The notes under the pieces: model-generated
Told to the model about the DNA's origin: nothing
The model's input: only the letters and a program-made list of their open reading frames with translations
Databases searched by the model: none
In this document: positions 35,157 through 42,684 of the stretch, in pieces
Layout of the letters: every line of letters starts with the position of its first letter
Numbering within the stretch: position 1 is the stretch's first letter
Assembly: GCA_002256025.1 (NCBI GenBank)
Contig: NKIB01014547.1
Span: forward strand, 1-42,684
From: Asterionella formosa
Lineage: Eukaryota
Reading direction: 5' to 3'
Length of the DNA: 42,684 nucleotides
Made by a program: the position numbers and the translations under genes

Positions 35157-35319
35157 TGCATTGATTTGCGAGACAACCTATGTGTATGGATCGTCTTTCA
35201 TATTTTGGATCAGTAACAACACCGCGTATTTTGTCCGTTCTCTTTAGTCGTGGGAGGAGGACTGATGATATGAACATACATTTTAGTGTTAGAAATACAT
35301 ACCGGTACCGGTACCCCGG

Positions 35320-35785
35320 TGTTGGAGAAATTATTTTAGGAAAGAAAATACATATTGAATCGAATGAATCAAAAAAGAATATGGTACCAGAGAATTCGAA
35401 AACAATCTACGCCAACAGTAATACCCATAATTCTATCAAAACTCTTAGGAATGATACCACAATCAACAACAGGTGGACCGTTGAGAGTCCGGAGACAAGA
35501 TCTGAGGGTACCAGACCATCCAGAGTCTGAAGAAGTCGCACAAGGCGCATCATGAGTGGCAAAGGAAAGTTCACCAAGAAGGCTCAAGCCAAGGGCAAGT
35601 TTCAAGCCAAGGGAGGGCGGAGCAATATGCATTGCTTCTCACTCCATCAAGAAGTCAGTCAATGACTATAACTACTACCTCGGATCATCGAAGCAGGCAT
35701 CTGATTATGAGACTACTACTGAGTACCTCATCAATCATATCAAGAAAGTTTTCGACCATGGCAATGACATAGGAACCGCGCAGGT
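35320..35785 (+). mobile_element. 5' fragment of an LTR retrotransposon: LTR (35320-35471), putative PBS, frameshifted gag start
   Basis: 152-bp unit bounded by TGTTG...CAACA, followed directly by GGTGGACCGTTGAGAG (PBS position). ATG 35552 gives a basic N-terminus MSGKGKFTKKAQAKG; a frameshift leads to KKSVNDYNYYLGSSKQASDYETTTEYLINHIKK, which I recall resembling diatom Copia gag N-termini. Confidence 0.65.
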
Positions 35786-36106
35786 GGTAATACCATATTT
35801 TATTCATACTTAAGTGCAATACATAGCCTACATGTTCGAAAATCATTCTTGTATTATCGACAATGTATATAGGAAGCGAGTGATGATTCTTGTATGCAAA
35901 CATTTTTCGTCGTTACGTCCACTCCCAATATTGGAATCCGCCCGTAGGTTAATATTCTTGATGATATGAGAAAGTTTTCTTTCTAAGTACAGTTTCTCTT
36001 GTTATTATGTAGACTACAAAGTTTCCTAAATAGTAACCCTGTTGTTTTGTAACGTTTCTGCAAACAACGCATTCCCACATCACAAATCGTGGTGGTTTTA
36101 ATTTCA

Positions 36107-37383
36107 TCACACCATTGAAGGAGCATTGGATGGCAATCCAGTTTCAGTGCAGCAGGTTGAATTGTATGTATCATAATCTGCCGTATGACGTAGAATCTGA
36201 GCAATAGCAAGATGTGTGCAACACAAGGCCACACCGAAATCTTCACAGCCTGTAGGACAAGCTTCATGTTCAGGAATAGCATACTTCTTTCGGACGTGAG
36301 CTCTGGTGACACATTATGGGCAACATATGTAATGTAATGTAATGTAATGGTAGGTATTCATCAGGTGGATATCAAGGATGACATGAGCAAAATGAGAATG
36401 TCAACAATATCTATAATCAAAATCACACACATCATACAGCATGAAACAAGAAACAGGAAGGGCAGTGGAAGACAAAGATAAAATAACATACCTGACATTC
36501 CAGACAATATATACACAAAAAGCCGAATATGTGTACACTGCGCAGAGCCGAACGAGCATCAATAGCACCACAAACTCTGATGCACCTGGGAGACGAGCAT
36601 CCCAATCTCCGATTCGACATGTCAACATAATATAAACCAACCAGAATGCAATGGTAGGGTACAGAATGGACTCAAAAACACCAGTAGTTTCCTCTATTGT
36701 CCCAGGCTTGCCTTTCCAATTCAACTTGAGTCTAGAAATGGCTTGACCAGTGGCGACTGATAGTGGTACATGGGTAGTACAAACACATTATTTGGATGAG
36801 TTTGAAGACTCCAAAAAAGTAACAACATCATGTCTGATTCATGTCATGACAAAATGCACTTACTCGGAACGCACCAGCACGAGAGACACAAATGGTTATG
36901 ACACGGTCCATACGCGAAACAATTGAATATGCTATCTTTCCAAGCACCAACAGGTACGTTCATCGTTCTAGTGGACACGATGTTACCTCCGTAGGGGACT
37001 GAGAATTTCTGGCCTTGCTCAATCCCACCTGGGGGCACAATGACCTTGAAGGCCTGTCCTTTGATCTGAGCGTCAAATTCATAGCCCTCTCTGAGGTTGG
37101 CCGGGGCGACGACTTCAACCATGGGCTGTAGATATTAAGTGTCCACGAGTGAGTGAGTGAAGTGAGCGGGTTAAAGTTGCACAGCTTGACAGAGGCGGCC
37201 AATCCAATCAGAACACAAGGACCCCTCCGAGAGAAGATTAGACGTTTGTTTCACTGTCACTACATCTATCGCTTGACTGTTTCAGCATGACACCACACGC
37301 CATGCTGAGCCAGTTCCAGCAACTGAACATACGTGCGACTCGAAATCTCTGAGCAAGTGTTGTTCTTTCGTCCTCGAGATCAT
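36107..37383 (-). CDS. PLAC8-family Cys-rich membrane protein; 4 exons (37383-37333, 37125-36864, 36756-36492, 36302-36107)
   Basis: Spliced product contains GAWKDSIFNCF..CLSCWCVPIATGQ and VRAHVRKKYAIP..GCEDF..ALCCTHLAIAQILRH. Introns GTATGT..CAG, GTAAGT..CAG and GTATGT..CAG all keep frame. Exon 1 is the least certain. Confidence 0.82.
36326..36349 (+). repeat. (AATGT)n microsatellite in PLAC8 intron 3
   Basis: tatgt aatgt aatgt aatgt aatg. Confidence 0.8.
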
Positions 37384-38964
37384 GGTGTGGATCTGAATGG
37401 ATCTGAAACTGAAACTGAATCCGTCCTCTACAGGAACCCATCTACCGGTTCAGTCCTACGCGGTTGCGGTACGTACCGTGGCCACGGCAGTGCGCAGGAC
37501 TTGATCCGAGGCAGGACCCACGAGGTTCTGCTGCAACGACTCATAGGCTCCCTTGTCGTCCTCCGAGGACATTCCCATTAAGCCCATCATTTTAAGGGAT
37601 GAGGACGATGGCTGCGATAAGATATGAGTACCTGTACCGGTAGACTACTCAGGAGTACTTGTAATGTACCTGTAGTTTGCCTGCGAGAGCGAGAGATGGA
37701 GTAAATGATGATACCTATGTAGTACTTGGACTGTACCGGCAGTTATACCTTCAAGTTCTGGAAATTTTGCTGAATCAAAGATTTATCTGTTTTATCCCAG
37801 ATTAGATTGTTTATTTAAGCAAAATGACCGCAACGAGATAGGAATCATGTACCCATATTAATGGCTGTACCGGTAGTCAGGAATGTACCAGTAGTTCAGG
37901 AGACACACTGGGGAGTTGACGGAAACTTCGAAGTAAGAAAATTCACGTACAAAAACTGTGTTTTGTCTAAAATCAACCTCGCACCAGATCGCGAAGTTCA
38001 TAAAAGACAGCAGAAAAAGTCGTATACCCGCCGGATCTTCCCGTTCTTCCGGTACCGGTACCAGGTATGTGCACATGAAGCGATCTAGAATCTAAATTTA
38101 TAATTATATGCTGATTTGAATGTGTCGAACGGATTCATTGTTAGCACATAAAATTCTCAGTCGGAACATAGAGTGTCTATGCATATGTGTTGATCGCATT
38201 TTAGGTATATATACAATCACCGATGTTGAATGTTTATGTATATATTTAGCAATTTCAACAAGGAATCCATGTACGTAATCGCAAATTTCCACTCATTTAA
38301 ATATTTCAAATGGAAAATCACGTCATTTAAAAATAGCTATTTGAATTCTTAGTTCCAGGGAAATTTGGCAACCCTAGGCAATATTTTAATTTTTGCCTAG
38401 GGTTTCAAATGCAGCAACCTTAAACATAATTCCGTGCTACATATTCATAGGATGTATAATTTTCTATTTACACAAAATCGAGCAACTTACCAGGTAATGG
38501 GGGAGGATCCTGATAAAAGATCCTGAAAAAATGTCATCATCTACATCAGTAGCAAGGTCTGGGGGAGAGATAGTCTAAGATTCCTTTCAGATAGATTCCT
38601 CTTTTCCATGATGACATGTTTTCAGCACCTTCTATCAGGACTCCTCATACCGGTATGTGAAGTGACATCAAGGTGCCAATATGTTATGTCATATCTGATG
38701 AAATCAAAATCAATAGAATTTATCAGCACAATCTGCTGAATCAGCGCTATTTATTAGTTGTCTGGGTTCTTTTATTCATCAGATTTGAAGTGATTAGTCG
38801 CAGTATCTATATCATACGAGCGCTTGTTTTGTGAATACACTCCACTGTCACGACCATCTTTTTGGAGTCGTGGATAAAAATTTCAGGCGATTCGGAGACA
38901 ATTTAACTTTAATTAAATGTTTTCTAAGCCAAGAAAATCACCATCCTGACCCCCGGTATGGAGT

Positions 38965-39334
38965 TGAAACAAGAGAAGTCGTAGATTAACCTGAAAGGAA
39001 TCCGACTTATTGAAGAATAGTATATATATCTCGATACATATGCTCAGCAATGTAGGTGCTAGGCAGTGGATCGAAGGATCACGGTGAATTTAGGAGAGTG
39101 TTGTAGGATAGATCTGACTCTATTGGTATTTCCAAATAAAGTGAGCTTATAGAATTAACTTTTTTGCAAACCAAGCTAAGTCATATATGAGTAAATCGCT
39201 TCATGCTCATGACAACATTCAAAGATTGATTCATGTATGAGTAAAGATTGACTCATGTTCATGACTAGACCAAAAAGGTCATGACTGGACTAATTTGGAG
39301 ACACAAACAAGATTCATTTGACTTGTCTGTTTCA
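38965..39334 (-). mobile_element. 3' LTR of the Ty1/copia element (370 bp)
   Basis: Bounded by TGAAACA...TGTTTCA. Preceded on the minus strand by a purine-rich tract GAGGGGGGCGAGAG just after the pol stop. Contains short internal repeats (AAAGATTGAYTCATGT twice). Confidence 0.72.
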
Positions 39335-39363
39335 ACTCTCGCCCCCCTCGGCAGAGCAAACAG

Positions 39364-41484
39364 TCACCAACCACATAACTGCTTGCGTATAGCTGTGAAT
39401 TTGTCAGCCACAAGACCTTTTGTAAAGATATCAGCAAGGTTGGCTGCAGCATCCACCTTGACAATTTGAAGAACTCCGGAAAGGACATATTCACGAAACC
39501 AATGATAAGCTACAGCAATGTGCTTAGTACAAGGAGTCATCTTTGGCATAGTAGTAGCTTGGGACAGCCATGCACTATTATCTTTATAGACCTTTGAAAA
39601 AGATCGAACAGCTGAACCTTTACCAATGTGTAGGGCTGTAGATGCTTCTTGAATGATATGACGGAGAGGAATGAGGTCCCGACAACTGGCAGAAAGAGCC
39701 TGATATTCTGCTTCCCTTGTAGATAGTGCAGTGGTAGTTTGTAATTTGGACACCCAGAGGAGGGGACATCCAGCAAGGGTTACGACATAGCCAGTTCGAG
39801 AGCGAGAACAGACTGGATCAGTAGGGTCTTCTGAGCGAAAGAGCCCAACAAAGTCACTGTCACAAAAACATTCAATGTCAAAGGCATCAAGAGTAGGAGT
39901 GAAAATAATTCCTTGATCAAAACTGCCTTTAAGATACCGACAAATTTTCTTTACTGCTATTTCATGAGTAGCACGAGGACAACGAGAAAAGCGAGCACAC
40001 TGATGAACAGCAAAAGCGATGTCAGGACGAGAATTAGAGGCCAAGTAAAGTAGCATCCCCACCACAGACCGGTAGTTCCATGTTTCAGTTGTAGGCGGAC
40101 CATCCTTATCTGTTCCTAGAGTCTCCTTATTGGCTGGAGTAGAGCTAGCCCGACAGTCTTCGAGGCCAGTAGCTTGCAGAACACGCTTAATCAGACCCTC
40201 GTCTTGCGTAAGTTTAAGTGAACCGTTTTCAGTTGATTTGTTAATTTGGATGCCCAGAAAAGCAGCTAGATCTCCCTCTCGAGTCAATTCTAGTTCAATA
40301 GCCAAATTTTCAATCATAGCATCAATCTTGGTTCTATCACGACCAATAAGAATCGAATCATCCACATATACCAGGTAGACCATGATGTCAGCGTGAATAA
40401 AAAGGCATGGGTCTAACAATGGCTGTGTGAAACCCCGTTGCTCAAGACATTCCTTCAATTTTAGGAACCAAGTCCTAGGTGCCTGTTTTGTTCCATACAC
40501 TGATTTATTTAACCGAAGTACCATGTCTCTCCCCCTGGGATCACCAAAATCTTTGGGCATTTCAACATATACCTCTTCATCAATGTCCGCTTGACAGAAG
40601 GCATTACTGAAATCGATTTGCTGAGTCGCAAGGTTTAACACAATGGACATCACCAGTAAAGCACGAACAGTGGACAATTGGAAAAACGGAGCATATGTCT
40701 CAAAGAAGTCCACTCCTTCAACTTTAAGATCTCAGCGTACACAAAACCGAGCCTTGCATTTACGTAAGCTGCCATCTGGAAACAACTTGCGTTTGAAAGC
40801 CCAAATGCCAGGTAAGATATTTTTACCCTGAACTGATTGACGTGTCACTAAAGTCCAGGTTTTCTTTGATGTAAGAGCAACAATCTCGGTGCCCATCGCA
40901 GCTTTAAAAGATTCATGATCAATGCTAGCCATGGCTTCATGGTATCTAGGATTATCTGGGTCATTTCGACGTGCCATTGCAGCATAGACAAGTGGGTTAG
41001 GACACTCCAAGAGACCTGTTGTTGGATCTGTCATAACAGCAGCCAGGTAGGCCAAATCAGAGTCAAAGCCATGGGTGTCACTTTCTTCAACCAATCGGGA
41101 GAAGAAAGCATGGGCAAGGTGGCCTTCAGGGACATAACGAGTACCAAACACACCGAAGTTTGTCCTGGTACTACGGCGAGGTGTAGAAATTGCAGTTGGT
41201 TTCAAGCTAATAGAAGTTGTGTGAACAGGTGGAGTTGGAGGTACCTGTAAATTTGAGGTAGAAATAGTGGGCAGATCATGGCCAGGAATTGCTGGTTCAG
41301 TAGAAAGAGCAGCCATAGGAATATCCTGAACATCAACTGGGTGGATATAGGTAGGAGGGGGAGGGCTCTGAACAACCACAGCAGAGCCAAAGGTAGATGA
41401 ACTAACAGCAGGCTCTTTATGGGCTGAAGAAGCCACCGCAATAGGCAGGGGAACCAGAGGAAACTCCCTCTTATTTGTTGGCAA
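39364..41484 (-). mobile_element. 5'-truncated Ty1/copia retrotransposon pol remnant (RT + RNase H) with a nonsense mutation
   Basis: Copia RT motifs KARFCVR, DFFETYAP, IDFSNAF, KSVYGTKQAPRTW, VYVDD; RNase H motifs CDSDF, ALST.EAEY, KHI, NLADIFTKGL. The two ORFs share a frame and are separated by a TGA at 40734-40732 where the family has Gly. No gag, protease or integrase is visible upstream. Confidence 0.92.
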
Positions 41485-42209
41485 TTCATCCTTACATCTA
41501 CAACGCCGATTACTGGTACAGCCGCCACAAAAAAACGCTAGTCAAATATGATCACCCAAATTAATTATTTGGGTGGCCCAATATGACGAATTTAGCTACG
41601 TCCATAATTTAAGGGTATGACATCACAAAAAAATATGATGCATCATACAATATATATGGACGGAGTGAACTAAAATAGTTTCGACAACTTCCATAATTAT
41701 TTTAGAAACCCACATAATTTTTGGGGCCAACTGACAATATTTTCTTGCGACACGAAGAAAAATTTGTTCAGTAATAATCTCTATAATACGGTACTTTTCT
41801 CGACAATTCGCAACATTTCCGTTCACAAATATTCTTCACTCTGACTACCATTAATTCTGTTAGTTTGCTCCCATTTTATCTTTACTTTGATCACATTAAT
41901 ACCTCAAGATTAAACAAATATATATGCTAGTCAAACAAATAATTTTGTGTAACCAATTCACTTTTTCAATTTCATTCTAGAATCGCAAAATCAATCGAAT
42001 TAATCGCTTCGCTATATAGTTTATATTGATACTTTCTATAGAACGTGATTCTCAAACCAATACGACAAGCAATGGATGTTCATTCTTGCAGCTGGATGCT
42101 GTAACTTAACGCAAGATTGCTTGGCTACTCATAGTACTTGCAGGAATCCATGTTTACTACCGGTAGATCAATTCATAGCAAATGAGCCGGCTGCTCATTC
42201 TCATTGCTC

Positions 42210-42535
42210 GGATTGATTGTCTTTTGTAGAAAGAGGGAAACATTTGCAGAGTGAGTTGATGAGAAAAAAAGTTACGAAGCCATGATTTCGTTTCTGCTGT
42301 GCTCCTTACCATGTTCCCCAATGGCCAACCCAGCCCTGATCATATGATTGTCTGCAATCAGTGAACAACAATCGTAGAGTGAGTTCATGAACAAACAATC
42401 GTTACAAAGGCATCATTTTCGTTGTGCTTAGCTACCATGCCGCAGCCTGATTCCCAACAAATCTCTCGCTCAACAGATTGATTGTCTGTAGACAAAGAAC
42501 AGCGTTTGCAGAGTAAGTTCGTGATCAACAAGCAA
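42210..42535 (+). repeat. Degenerate ~132-bp tandem repeat (about 3 units)
   Basis: TGATTGTC anchors at 42214, 42345 and 42479, each followed roughly 30-40 bp later by GYAGAGTRAGTT. Units 1 and 2 also share TTTCGTT..TGTGCT..TACCATG..AGCC(C)TGAT. Confidence 0.6.
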
Positions 42536-42684
42536 GTAACAAGCACACAATCAAGCCCTTTTTATAATTCATTACAAATAGCAATTCATGCGCTAACAAT
42601 TCCGAACAAAGACGAAGGAGAATAGGAGAGGAGATCCGCCCACAACAAGCAACAGCAAACAGTATCAAGCAACAAAAGGCAAGA

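Noticed and set aside
35472..35489. Assigning a specific tRNA to the putative PBS
   Set aside because: The complement resembles a tRNA 3' end but does not fit the standard register exactly; needs comparison with the genome's tRNA set.
36401..36412. Alternative TAG acceptor in PLAC8 intron 3
   Set aside because: It gives an immediate stop (R-Y-C-stop), whereas the CAG ending at 36303 restores the conserved PLAC8 C-terminus.

Overview
This is eukaryotic nuclear DNA, most likely from a diatom. Evidence: short GT-AG introns, bipartite plastid presequences with ASAFAP-like cleavage sites, and Copia elements resembling those of diatoms. No prokaryotic operons, CRISPR arrays, rRNA or tRNA genes were recognised. 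About 14 protein-coding loci are present: a plastid IGPS-like protein, MCM6, TRAPPC9/Trs120, FAB1/PIKfyve, a GCIP-family protein, a P450-fold protein, URI1, a plastid thioredoxin, UPRT, a YghU-type GST, an SLX1-type GIY-YIG chimera, a hemerythrin-like protein, an interrupted membrane-protein gene and a PLAC8 protein. The right third contains decayed LTR-retrotransposon pieces. The most unusual observations are: (1) an SLX1-type nuclease fused in frame to what looks like a thylakoid-lumen (twin-Arg) precursor, with an 11-bp direct repeat bracketing the nuclease part; (2) two intact apparent pseudo-enzymes, an IGPS lacking its catalytic Lys/Glu and a P450 lacking its heme Cys; (3) a stop-free 180-nt intron splitting the thioredoxin WCKAC site; (4) a gene lying between two related LTR copies; (5) GGTACC/TACCAGG/TACCGG clusters recurring in most intergenic regions. 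All family calls come from recognising motifs by eye; no database searches were run.
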